Position numbers and translations under genes: made by a program. From Patescibacteria group bacterium (lineage in GTDB: Bacteria; Patescibacteriota; Patescibacteriia; UBA9934), in NCBI GenBank assembly GCA_041660165.1, contig JBAZWW010000003.1, forward strand, positions 4,352 through 68,351: a DNA stretch of 64,000 nucleotides, written 5' to 3'. Positions 20,435 through 29,433 of the stretch are shown piece after piece; positions within the stretch are counted from its first letter, which is position 1; each line of letters starts with the position of its first letter. Below the pieces are notes generated by a model. The model was not told where the DNA came from. It did no database searches and saw only the letters and a program-made list of their open reading frames with translations.

Positions 20435-21442
20435 CTACAGGTCATCCCGCCCAGGACGATACTTCTGCAGATACACCTTCAGCCCGTTAGACGGCAGAAA
20501 TTTCCTGGCCGTAGCGTCACGGGCGTTGTTGTGCCATGCCATTGAACCGTCAGGCTTACGTAGGCGTACGTAGCCTTCTCCTCCGACTCGTTGCCGATAA
20601 CCAGGTCACCGAAGAGAACCTTGAGACCACTTCTGCGGTGTCGAAATTCTACCGTCCGGCCCTGGTGGTTGTGTCTGGTGGATTCTGACATGAACTCGAA
20701 TTCGCGGGAGCGCTTCAGCTCCACAAGCAACGCATCGAAGTTAATGCGGTGCTCATCAGTCCACTGCAGTATGGTCTTACTGCCTGGCGTAGTCTGCTCA
20801 TCACGAATCGGTATCGTGAAGAGGTCAGAGAAGTACGCGATCCCTGCCCCGAGATCCGCCACCCAGCGTACGAAGGCCTCGACCTTTTTCACGGAGTCCA
20901 TGTAACCAAGAGCGAGCGTGGTGCGGGTCATGACCCTGATGCCCTTACCTACCATGTGAGGAATGAGCAGGTCGAAATCAACATTCCCCATAGCTACCCC
21001 GCTCACCGCCACCCGGTCCTTCCGCGTCAGGCCGTGCAGGGACAGGTTCATGTCCTGAACCCCGAGGGCTACCAACCGATCGAGATACGTTTCCGTCGTA
21101 TCCGCCAAAATCGGTTCGAAGAGACGCACGCCGTTTGAATAGATGGTCAACAGGTCGATTTCGGCGCCATGCTGGCGCTGTTCGTTGATGAGCCGGAGTG
21201 CTCCAAAGAGCTTAGCTGGAGCATCAAGGGGCTCACCCCCCACCGGTCAGAATGATCCGACGTCCGCCGCCGCTCAGGTAGGCCTCAAGATGTTGCTCGA
21301 AGTCCCCCAGAAACGACCGCGTCTCCGCTTCCTCTACCACTGGCCGAATGAGCGGAGAGCAGAACTTGCAGCGACCACCCCGGCAGGTATTGGTGATCTC
21401 CACCTTCATCTCAACATCGGCGAATTCCTGTTCGTTGAGCAT
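20435..21442 (-). pseudogene. Radical SAM protein broken by two compensating frameshifts (or sequencing errors)
   Basis: ITNTCRGGRCKFC motif, ILTGGG|EP split at G6 run 21236-21241, YSNG, NLSLHG; alternate-frame tail YV|KPDGS...RDDL* ending 20435. Confidence 0.75.
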
Positions 21443-21513
21443 TTAAGTGTCCTTTGTTGATATTGTTAAGGTGCAACCTGGATACATGATAGATGAAATC
21501 TTGGTTATTGTCA

Positions 21514-21602
21514 GTAAAACAGACTACCGTTTTACCCAAAACCATAAAATGCTTGCGGTTAAAGGCCACTGTGATATACTAGTGTTGTCCTAATATCGGA
21601 CA
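21514..21602. promoter_or_regulatory. Divergent promoter region with two inverted repeats (candidate TrmB operators)
   Basis: GTAAAAC-N8-GTTTTAC 21514-21535; TGTCC-N7-GGACA 21586-21602. Confidence 0.45.
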
Positions 21603-21606
21603 GTAT

Positions 21607-22344
21607 ATGAATACAGTCTCTTCTCTCACTAAAGTTGGGCTCAGCCAAAATGAGGCCAAGATCTATCTGTGTCTCCTTAAAATCATTGAGGGAACGGCTT
21701 TTCAGATTGCCAAACGCGCCGATATCCCTAGAACCACAGTCTATGCATCACTCGAATCGCTAAAAGCGCAGGGCCTAGTAACCTCCTTCAGGAAAAACAA
21801 CGTTTTCTATTTCACTGCTGAAAATCCAAAACAAATTCTCACCATTCTCCGCCACAAACAAGAAATAATGAATGAATTACTGCCGTCTCTGCAGGCTTTA
21901 TCAGTAGGCACGGATATCCAGCCCTCAGTAAAAATGTTTACCGGAACGCAAGGCCTGAAACTGGCCTTTGAAGACATTTTAGAAACTCTCAAAAGTACGG
22001 GTGAAAAAGTGTTGTATGCGGCCGCCTATCCGGATGTCATGGACGCCTTGCCAAAGTACTATCACGAATGGGTCAAACGAAGAGAAAAACTCGACGTGAC
22101 TACAAAAATGATCTTGCCGGAATCTGCGCGTGACAGGACAAACTTCTATGAAGGCCATAATCGCCAGGTACGGTTCATGCCAGAACCATATCTCTTCCAA
22201 TGCGCCATGGATATTTACGCCCACAAAATAGTCTACTTCGCTACCAAAGAAGGCCAAACGTATTCAATAATTCTTGAGTCCCCAATCATTGCCGATGCGT
22301 TCCTGCAATTCTTTCTCTTCGCCTTTGATCATCTCCCGCAATAA
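21607..22344 (+). CDS. TrmB-family HTH transcriptional regulator
   Basis: LTKVGLSQNEAKIYLCLL...IAKRADIPRTTVY..LESL...GLV. Confidence 0.88.
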   Translation: MNTVSSLTKVGLSQNEAKIYLCLLKIIEGTAFQIAKRADIPRTTVYASLESLKAQGLVTSFRKNNVFYFTAENPKQILTILRHKQEIMNELLPSLQALSVGTDIQPSVKMFTGTQGLKLAFEDILETLKSTGEKVLYAAAYPDVMDALPKYYHEWVKRREKLDVTTKMILPESARDRTNFYEGHNRQVRFMPEPYLFQCAMDIYAHKIVYFATKEGQTYSIILESPIIADAFLQFFLFAFDHLPQ

Positions 22345-22418
22345 TGACCCCATCTCTGGAAATAACTTGATTTTTCGGCCAATATCTGCTACTCTATTCA
22401 GCGTTATGCATTTTTGCT

Positions 22419-22493
22419 GCCCTGGTAGCTCAACGGATAGAGCGGGGCTCTTCTAAGGCCATGATGTTGGTTCGATTCCAACCCGGGGCACCA
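22419..22493 (+). tRNA. tRNA-Arg(TCT)
   Basis: GCCCTGGTAGCTCAACGGATAGAGC, loop CTTCTAA, GGTTCGATTCC, CCA end. Confidence 0.93.
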
Positions 22494-22508
22494 ATAGTGC
22501 ACAAAAGT

Positions 22509-22535
22509 AAAAGTCTCCCAAATCGGGAGACTTTT
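22509..22535. terminator. Bidirectional intrinsic terminator
   Basis: AAAAGTCTCCC-AAATC-GGGAGACTTTT. Confidence 0.75.
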
Positions 22536-22863
22536 ATGTTAACTGGAGCATCTTCTTTAATCGAGAATCCACGCCCTGCATAAGTGTTGGCTCAATCTGC
22601 CCCAATTCCCCAAGGACAATCTTCTTCTGAAGCGTGGCTAGTTTATTAACCTTGATGACCGAATCCTTTTTGAGTCCATTCGAACGTGTTGCTTTGATCC
22701 TTAAATCAAACGCCCCCAATTTAGCCTTTTGGATAGAGGAAATGAATGACACGATACAATCGTCGCCAGTCTTCTGCTCATAAAGGACTACGCAGGGGCG
22801 AACTTTATTCCCCGAAAGATCAGTGAACGGAAACGGAACGAGGACAATGGTTCCTTTAAGCAT
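22534..22863 (-). CDS. PemK/MazF-family toxin
   Basis: KGTIVLVPFPFTDLSGNKVRPCVV; GLKKDSVI. Confidence 0.9.
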   Translation of the reverse strand: MLKGTIVLVPFPFTDLSGNKVRPCVVLYEQKTGDDCIVSFISSIQKAKLGAFDLRIKATRSNGLKKDSVIKVNKLATLQKKIVLGELGQIEPTLMQGVDSRLKKMLQLT

Positions 22864-23107
22864 ATCTCTTCTTCAAATCCGCCACCGAGTACAACTCCGG
22901 CTCTTCCTGCAAAAAATCAAAGCTCCTGGACGCAGTGTTGATATTCGTAATCTCATTAACATCCTTGTTGTAGTAGCTTGGAAATTGAATCACGAGCGCG
23001 TCAATTGAGTGACGCCTACCAATGCCGAATACTTCGCCGTGCGTTTTTACGCGGTCAATGATGTGGCTCATCTGTTTCCTGGCGTTTGTAGTCGTCACAA
23101 CGTGCAT
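22856..23107 (-). CDS. Phd/YefM-like antitoxin
   Basis: MHVVTTTNARKQMSHIIDRV...; C-terminal FDFLQEEPELYS; overlaps toxin start. Confidence 0.75.
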   Translation of the reverse strand: MHVVTTTNARKQMSHIIDRVKTHGEVFGIGRRHSIDALVIQFPSYYNKDVNEITNINTASRSFDFLQEEPELYSVADLKKRYA

Positions 23108-23108
23108 A

Positions 23109-23126
23109 TGTACAAATTGTACAAAA
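23109..23126. promoter_or_regulatory. Candidate TA operator: two TGTACA palindromes
   Basis: TGTACAAATTGTACAAA immediately upstream of the antitoxin ATG; TGTACA is the yefM-yoeB operator core. Confidence 0.55.
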
Positions 23127-23222
23127 TGAATGCAAATCACACAAGATGTTGGCGAATCTCGCATAAAATCAACAGCGGCCGGGAATTCGTTCCCGACCGC
23201 TGATAGTTTGTCTACCCGTTTC

Positions 23223-23768
23223 TCACTGATACTCGTGCACCATCTTCCGCAACTTCATACGGGCAGAAAACAAGCACCGTTTCACCTTTCTCCGCGGAAT
23301 ACCCAAGACGTCTGAGATCTCCCTATACGAGAGACCTTCGAGCTCGCGCAGGAGGATCACTTTCTTCTGATCAATCGGCAGTTTATCAAGCGCATCCAAA
23401 ACTTTCCTATGTAACCGCCTACGCTCCTGGGCACCTAACGATACATCATTGTCTCGATCTGCCATCTGTAGCCCTACTTCCTCCGCGTCCGAACTCCGCT
23501 TTTTCTTTCGTTTGCCGAGGAACTCCACCGCCAACTTCATGGCGATGCCGTACAACCAGAGGTGGAACTTGGACTCAAGAGAAAAGCTGTCCAGGTTGGT
23601 GTATGCCTCCACGAAGGAATTCTGCGTAATGTCGCGAGCATCCTCCCGGTTACGGAGCATGCCGAACATGAGAGAATACACTTGCACATGATATTTCTCG
23701 ACAATGAGTCGGTAGGCGGGGGCGTCACCATCCTTCACCGCCATAAGAATCTCGAGATCGTCGTACAT
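23223..23768 (-). CDS. ECF (RpoE-like) RNA polymerase sigma factor
   Basis: Region 2 'EDARDITQNSF..AY..L.SF....KF..WLY.IA'; region 4 'LRELEGLSYREISDVLGIP...VK..L..AR'. Confidence 0.88.
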   Translation of the reverse strand: MYDDLEILMAVKDGDAPAYRLIVEKYHVQVYSLMFGMLRNREDARDITQNSFVEAYTNLDSFSLESKFHLWLYGIAMKLAVEFLGKRKKKRSSDAEEVGLQMADRDNDVSLGAQERRRLHRKVLDALDKLPIDQKKVILLRELEGLSYREISDVLGIPRRKVKRCLFSARMKLRKMVHEYQ

Positions 23769-23848
23769 GTTGCCCCCAATCTGTCAGTTCTGAGCTATCG
23801 ATGTATTCGATCGCTCGGATCTGAACGCGAGGAGAGATGATGGTCATC

Positions 23849-24088
23849 TCAATCCTCGCGCGACGGCTTTTGAGCTGCCGTCATGTCAGCAGACGGCTCT
23901 GCATGAACTGATCGTACAAGGTCGAGATCATGACGAGTGGGTTCCATAAGATCGATAATCCGCTCGTCAATCTTCAGACCCGTTCGCATGACTGCAGCGA
24001 TATACGCTTTGTGAGCCAATTGGCGTATATCCGATATGTCAGAATCAGAAATAGTTCCCCAGCAATCAATCGGATCTCCAACGTGCAA
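23849..24088 (-). CDS. Small hypothetical protein
   Basis: AGGAGGT RBS before TTG; upstream of ECF sigma on same strand. Confidence 0.55.
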   Translation of the reverse strand: MHVGDPIDCWGTISDSDISDIRQLAHKAYIAAVMRTGLKIDERIIDLMEPTRHDLDLVRSVHAEPSADMTAAQKPSRED

Positions 24089-24199
24089 AGTCCACCTCCT
24101 GGCTGTATGATTGGGTAAGAATTTGCCTTACCGCACGGTTACAGGATATCATAAATCACAGCTTTTGTCAACCTAACAGGGTGATAATAATAGAATACT

Positions 24200-24961
24200 G
24201 TGGCTAAAATAGAGCTAAAATCAGCCCTTATATCGCTGGGCGTTACGGAACAGGAGACTGAGGTCTATTTAGCGCTGGCCGAGCTTGGAGCATGTACCAG
24301 CGGGCCGATTATTGAAAAAACTGGCCTGCACAGAAATGTTGTCTACACGGCGCTAGAACACTTAATCGCTCGCAAATTCGTCCTCGAATCCCAAGTAAAA
24401 GGTAAAAAACAGTTTGTAGTGGCTGATCCGACTGTCATTTCTACAGAATTCTCGCAAAAAGCCGAGATAGCCCGTGATGTGGCACTCGGAATTCAGACCC
24501 TCGCCAAACGCCAGAGGCAGGAAATCTCCGTGCATGAGGGAAATGAGGAATACCTCGCGCTGTTAGCCAGGCTGATTCGCGAACTGCCTCGAGGTGCCAC
24601 CAAGTACGTCCTTGGCACCGGCGGGGAAGCATTCATGGCCCTAACCATGCGTCCCATTTGGCGCAAATATCACAAAGTAGCCAAAGAGCAGGGGATTAAG
24701 ATCAAAATGATTGCATATGAGTCACAAAGGGCCGCGCTTGAACAGGATGTAACAAAAGAGGGGATCTATGAGGTGCGCTATCTGCCAGACGAAATTGAGA
24801 ATCCTTCCGGCGTTCATATCTACCCAGAAGCGAACACCATGCTGAACATAATTTACTCAACTACTGAACAACCTGTAACCGCCATTCGCATAAAAAATCC
24901 CGACCTTGTCCAAGGACAGCTCAACCTGTTCAAAAATCTTTGGAAGACGGCCAAGCCCTAG
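24200..24961 (+). CDS. TrmB-family HTH transcriptional regulator
   Basis: LISLGVTEQETEVYLALAELG...IIEKTGLHRNVVY.ALE.L. Confidence 0.88.
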   Translation: MAKIELKSALISLGVTEQETEVYLALAELGACTSGPIIEKTGLHRNVVYTALEHLIARKFVLESQVKGKKQFVVADPTVISTEFSQKAEIARDVALGIQTLAKRQRQEISVHEGNEEYLALLARLIRELPRGATKYVLGTGGEAFMALTMRPIWRKYHKVAKEQGIKIKMIAYESQRAALEQDVTKEGIYEVRYLPDEIENPSGVHIYPEANTMLNIIYSTTEQPVTAIRIKNPDLVQGQLNLFKNLWKTAKP

Positions 24962-25659
24962 CCTGCTCTCAAGTACCCCGTTATATATTCAAACTCCGTC
25001 TTCACCTCTTCAATGGCGTCAAACGTACTTTCAATAACCATCGGCACGTCGAGCTGTTTAGCGTAATCAAGGATGATCAGCTGTTGTGTTTGATAAAGCG
25101 GTTCGTGATAGCCCGCGTATCCGCTGATGTGCAGTTGTTTGATGCGGGCGCGGAACTCGGCGATAAATTCGTCAGCAAGTTTCATTGAGGGGTCGTTAGA
25201 AAAACAATGATTGAGGTCAAGAACCATGCCCCATGAATCATTCTCCTCAAAAAACTTTTTCAAGTCATCAACATTCTTAAAAGCCTTGTTTCGACAATCC
25301 ATGTTTTCCGCCGAGAAATTCATCGGATACTGACCGAATAACTCGGTGCTATCAATGAGATCCGGGTGTACAACAACGAGCTCAGCACCAATTGCTTGAT
25401 ACAACTCAAATGCCTTATCAAGCACGGCCTTTGTAACATCATCATTCGCGTAACGAACATCAGACGGCAGATGGATGGACGTTCTTGGATACTGTTTAGC
25501 AAACGGCGCAACCTCCATAAGCCGTTCTCCTTCCGCCAAATTGTTCCAACAAATCTCCAGCAATTCGCTCCCGCTCTTGGCATAGGCCTCAAACGCCCGC
25601 GGAGAAAACTTATCCGGTAGTCTATACAACGCCCCGTGAGTAAAGCCAATTTTCGGCAT
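24958..25659 (-). CDS. AP-endonuclease-2/xylose-isomerase-like TIM-barrel protein
   Basis: SIHLP, VVVHP, AENMD, LDLNH, QLHISG, H.PL, VIES metal-site pattern. Confidence 0.75.
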   Translation of the reverse strand: MPKIGFTHGALYRLPDKFSPRAFEAYAKSGSELLEICWNNLAEGERLMEVAPFAKQYPRTSIHLPSDVRYANDDVTKAVLDKAFELYQAIGAELVVVHPDLIDSTELFGQYPMNFSAENMDCRNKAFKNVDDLKKFFEENDSWGMVLDLNHCFSNDPSMKLADEFIAEFRARIKQLHISGYAGYHEPLYQTQQLIILDYAKQLDVPMVIESTFDAIEEVKTEFEYITGYLRAG

Positions 25660-25670
25660 AAGAATGTTGA

Positions 25671-26807
25671 CTATCTTGTTGAAGCAATTTTATCTGCTAA
25701 CGTTTCTTTAATATATTCACGCTTTGCTTCAAACTCAGGAAATAGTACCCCAAAAAGATCAATCGCATTATCTGTCAGATTGGCAATGGTGACCGGCGAG
25801 TTGCGGAGCGACAACCGTTCGGCGCTATTATTAAAATTACGTATATATTTGTTAAATAGATACTTGCGGCTCCGATTTTTACTGCCGTGAAGTTCGCATA
25901 CCCCGTCATGCACTAAAAATACCAGTCCGCGGATATGGTCACACATAATGATCGCTTCTCTGTGAAGTTCTGGAGGAACAACCCCAAGCTGTCCCTTGAG
26001 ATTGTCGAGTATTGAAATATCGCCGATATCGGCAACCTGTTCAAATATTCTCATCAAACGTTGAGGCCCGAAACCTGCAGCAATGGCTGATTGGCTCATA
26101 GGCGTCAAGTCAAAATGCGATTCGCCGGTTTTGGTTTTCGTCACGCTGACCTCAAGGCTGTAAAGAACGTGGGTAAAAAACTCAAGCACTCCGCCTGTCT
26201 GTTCCGCAGCCCAAAATTCTGCCGGTGTTAATGCAATGCGCGATTCCTGCAAATCATAAAAGAATTCGCACCGCGGACCGCCAACAGGTTCAACCGTATT
26301 CGCCACAAAGCATTCCATCGGCGCACTGAGAAGCGTAGGAATGATGTGATCTGCTTGAAAACCAAGCGAAAGCAAAATGTCCCGCACTTCGTTATCAGGT
26401 TCAAAGGCGATGCCCTTGATCTCACCCCCGGCAAAATATGTGGCGTAGATTCTTGAGGCATCAAGATGGAGCTGTTTCGTAAAGAATTCTAAAAAGTGCC
26501 CAAGAACTTCAGTGCGAGTGAACCCGCCAATGCTATCGGCAACAAACATATTAAAAAATGATAGATGCTTACCGTCTCCCGTCAAATCAATATCCCAATG
26601 CCGGATACATGGCTGATTAACAATGTGGTTCCCCTGCAAAGAAGTATCACCACGCCAAAATTTATAGGCCAAATCAGGACCACCGCTCATGGTAAATGTT
26701 GTGGGGAAAATAGAAGAAACCAATTTCTCCCTCTCGCGGACTGCGTACCCCTTGGCAATCATGAAATTCTGAAACTGGAGATGAAGCTGGTAAAAATCAT
26801 TTTTCAT
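25671..26807 (-). CDS. Alanyl-tRNA synthetase catalytic-domain-only paralog
   Basis: QPCIRHWDID..GDGKHLSFFNM, RIYATYFAG, GPRCEFFYD, AGFGPQRL, DHIRGLVFLVHDG; 378 aa, no editing or C-Ala domain. Confidence 0.75.
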   Translation of the reverse strand: MKNDFYQLHLQFQNFMIAKGYAVREREKLVSSIFPTTFTMSGGPDLAYKFWRGDTSLQGNHIVNQPCIRHWDIDLTGDGKHLSFFNMFVADSIGGFTRTEVLGHFLEFFTKQLHLDASRIYATYFAGGEIKGIAFEPDNEVRDILLSLGFQADHIIPTLLSAPMECFVANTVEPVGGPRCEFFYDLQESRIALTPAEFWAAEQTGGVLEFFTHVLYSLEVSVTKTKTGESHFDLTPMSQSAIAAGFGPQRLMRIFEQVADIGDISILDNLKGQLGVVPPELHREAIIMCDHIRGLVFLVHDGVCELHGSKNRSRKYLFNKYIRNFNNSAERLSLRNSPVTIANLTDNAIDLFGVLFPEFEAKREYIKETLADKIASTR

Positions 26808-26907
26808 AAGACCTTTAAACCCAGCTTAACACGCCAGCCATGGGTTGGGTAATTTTCTGCGAGTAAAACAAAATGAGCCCTTTTAAAGACCTGCTCAGGT
26901 CTGACGG

Positions 26908-28395
26908 CTAATCGTTCTTGGCGTGGATGAGGTCATTCGCCAGACGGATAGCGGATTCGCGGACGGTGCGCGTGGGCACCAGCGGGGAACGGGGGACTTC
27001 CATGTAGAGCCGGACCATGCTCGCTTCTTGATCACGGAGCGTACACATGATGGCGGACTCTTGGAACCAGGTGGATTCCGCAGTCGAACAGCTGTACTTG
27101 CTCTCCGCATCGAATCCCACCAGGTACGAACCCTTCTCAATGTCCTTCATGGCCCGAAGCGGACGCCGATCCATAATGAAATGGATCTCCGGATACTGCT
27201 TCTGTAGTCCCTCCAGGAGCGGGCCACAGAGCCAGGTCTCTCTGGCCTTGAAGGCCCATACCCGCTTCCATAGCTTTCGTTCCTGAATCAATCTGGCCAG
27301 CTCAGAGATCCGTTCATTCGCCGGAAAGCCGGGTCGAAGAGTCCCCGTCAGCAGGCCCAGAAACATTTCATCGCCCAAGAAGAGGTAACTCTCCGTGAAC
27401 GAATCCAAACTTTCCATGTTCACTGGAGTGAGGCCCTGCCGGGTTGCCTCTTCTCCAATGGTCTGGAGCATGAGCTCCGCGGCTCGGTTGGTCTTGTTAA
27501 AATAGAACCCGCGGAACATCTGGAACCTCCCCCAGATGAAGGTCTCAATGGCTGAGAGTCCGCTTTCCCGCCAGCCCAGGCGGTAGCAGTCAGCTCCATC
27601 TGCATCGCGCACACAGAGCGCGGACTTGAGAATGCGGTGCTGATCGTAGTGTCCGCAGGTCACACCCGTAGCCCGCGAGTCCCGCAACAGGTAGTCCATA
27701 CGGTCCGCGTCCACTGGCGCAGAACTCACCATGTCCCGAATGAACGGGATCCACGGCCGGAGCTCTTCCGGCACGTTGAGGGCGTCCTCTCCAAGAAGAA
27801 CGGAAGCCACCACTCGGGGCATCCATTCATCTCCGCCAACATCGTTCCAAATGCAGGCGAACATGATGACGGACACCGTCTCATGGTGGACTCGGCCGGA
27901 CTTGGAAGCGATCAGCACGTTGCGGTACGGCGCGATTGCTTTGAGTCGAGGGTCATCCAGCACGCGATCGACGTCCTTCACGCTGGGCGCAAAGGCGTCA
28001 AAATTGTGGGACAACGGCCCGTGTCCCAGGTCATGCACGAGCGCGCACAGCCTGAGTACCCGGCGGATCTGCGCGTACTCCGCGGGCGGGAGATCAGCCA
28101 GACAAACCGCCTGTCCCGGCTTTGCATCCCGGAGCGCATAGAGCTTCCCGCGGATCTTCACGGATTCCCGATTGACCGCCTTCAGGATCCTGTTCGCCAT
28201 GGCCATCGTTCCCACTGAATGTTCAAACCGCGTGTGAACCGCGGACGGGAACACCAGGTGGAGCAGGCCGGTCTGACGAATATGCTTCATGCGCTGGAAA
28301 AGGCTGTGATCAATCACCGCCATCTCTTCATCAGTGAGATTCACAATACCGTGCAGACTATCCACGATAGTCCGCGATAGAACAAACAGACCCAT
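26908..28395 (-). CDS. HD-domain phosphohydrolase (SAMHD1/YwfO-like dNTP triphosphohydrolase)
   Basis: DSLHG, FQRMKHIRQ.G, HTRFEHSVG, HDLGHGPLSH, DADRMDYLLRDS; GGAGGT RBS. Confidence 0.88.
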   Translation of the reverse strand: MGLFVLSRTIVDSLHGIVNLTDEEMAVIDHSLFQRMKHIRQTGLLHLVFPSAVHTRFEHSVGTMAMANRILKAVNRESVKIRGKLYALRDAKPGQAVCLADLPPAEYAQIRRVLRLCALVHDLGHGPLSHNFDAFAPSVKDVDRVLDDPRLKAIAPYRNVLIASKSGRVHHETVSVIMFACIWNDVGGDEWMPRVVASVLLGEDALNVPEELRPWIPFIRDMVSSAPVDADRMDYLLRDSRATGVTCGHYDQHRILKSALCVRDADGADCYRLGWRESGLSAIETFIWGRFQMFRGFYFNKTNRAAELMLQTIGEEATRQGLTPVNMESLDSFTESYLFLGDEMFLGLLTGTLRPGFPANERISELARLIQERKLWKRVWAFKARETWLCGPLLEGLQKQYPEIHFIMDRRPLRAMKDIEKGSYLVGFDAESKYSCSTAESTWFQESAIMCTLRDQEASMVRLYMEVPRSPLVPTRTVRESAIRLANDLIHAKND

Positions 28396-28450
28396 AAACC
28401 ACCTCCGGCTCTAGTTGTTACAAATTTACTAGGAGATGTCAAAGCTCGCC

Positions 28451-29128
28451 CTAGTCCAAATAGTAGCCCGTCCCCCAACTCATTCCGACCCCGAGAGTTT
28501 CAGTATTTTGCGACCAAGTAGCTGGTTCTGAGTCGACGATTGTATACGTTCCCGGTTCAAGGGTTACATCTGGCGAGACGTTCCAATAAACACTCGGTGC
28601 GCCACCTTGGCCGTCCGAGGTCGTCACTGACCACGGGCCGTACGTTTTTCCACTCGCATCTTTTAGGCCGAGTGTCCCGCCGGTCGCGCCCTTCGCATCA
28701 TTCCAATGGTAGGTCGACATGGTTTTCAACTGCGCTTTCTTGGCGAGGGTAAAGGTAGCCGGGGTTCCGCCGTTAAACACCGCCATGATACTGCCGATAT
28801 TAAACAGCTCTACCGTTGGCTGGCTTGGCGTATCTTCATATTTCAACACCTCGCCCGTTCCATCAGTATCTGATGTGGTCGAAGCTGGAGCTGGCGCTGG
28901 AACCGAAGCCGGTTTGCTATCTGCATCTCGTAAATCGCTTAACGGCGTTGTCTTGCCATCTTCGGTCTCAACATATATCTGGTCAGTCGACTTATTTGGA
29001 TTCTCATTTGCGTATTGCTCCGCAGCTGCTCTGGTGCTCCTATAAACCTCATCACATCCGGCCGTTACCAGAAACGCCGACATCACCCCGACCACCATCA
29101 AACCTCGACCAAAAGAATATTTGTTCAT
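28451..29128 (-). CDS. Lipoprotein of unknown function
   Basis: Lipobox VTAGC; C-terminal beta domain with TYHWN and YTIVDSEPATWSQN. Confidence 0.7.
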   Translation of the reverse strand: MNKYSFGRGLMVVGVMSAFLVTAGCDEVYRSTRAAAEQYANENPNKSTDQIYVETEDGKTTPLSDLRDADSKPASVPAPAPASTTSDTDGTGEVLKYEDTPSQPTVELFNIGSIMAVFNGGTPATFTLAKKAQLKTMSTYHWNDAKGATGGTLGLKDASGKTYGPWSVTTSDGQGGAPSVYWNVSPDVTLEPGTYTIVDSEPATWSQNTETLGVGMSWGTGYYLD

Positions 29129-29195
29129 AAGTTGCCCAAAGTATAACCAACAAACAAACAAAAACAAAAAACCTCCCGTTCGGGAGATTCTTTGC

Positions 29196-29271
29196 TGGGG
29201 TGGCTAACGGGAATTGAACCCGTACTAGAGGTACCACAAACCTCTGTGATAACCATTTCACCATAGCCACC
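29196..29271 (-). tRNA. tRNA-His(GTG)
   Basis: G-1 GTGGCTATGGTGAAATGGTT, stem GAGGT/ACCTC with loop TTGTGGT, GGTTCAATTCC, CCA. Confidence 0.95.
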
Positions 29272-29433
29272 ATGACACGAACGGAGGCATGATAGCAGGG
29301 AAAAGGGGATAAATCAAGGCTTCATCCCGATGACAATACGCAATCGGTAATTGACGAAAACGTACTTACAAGGCACTCTCTCACGTCGATCGTCCACCGA
29401 TGACCGACCGATCCCCACGTTTCGGAGGTCACC

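Noticed and set aside
21233-21235. TGA readthrough (genetic code 25 or selenocysteine) in the radical SAM gene
   Set aside because: The continuation is in another frame, and TGA ends several intact genes such as polA and gmk
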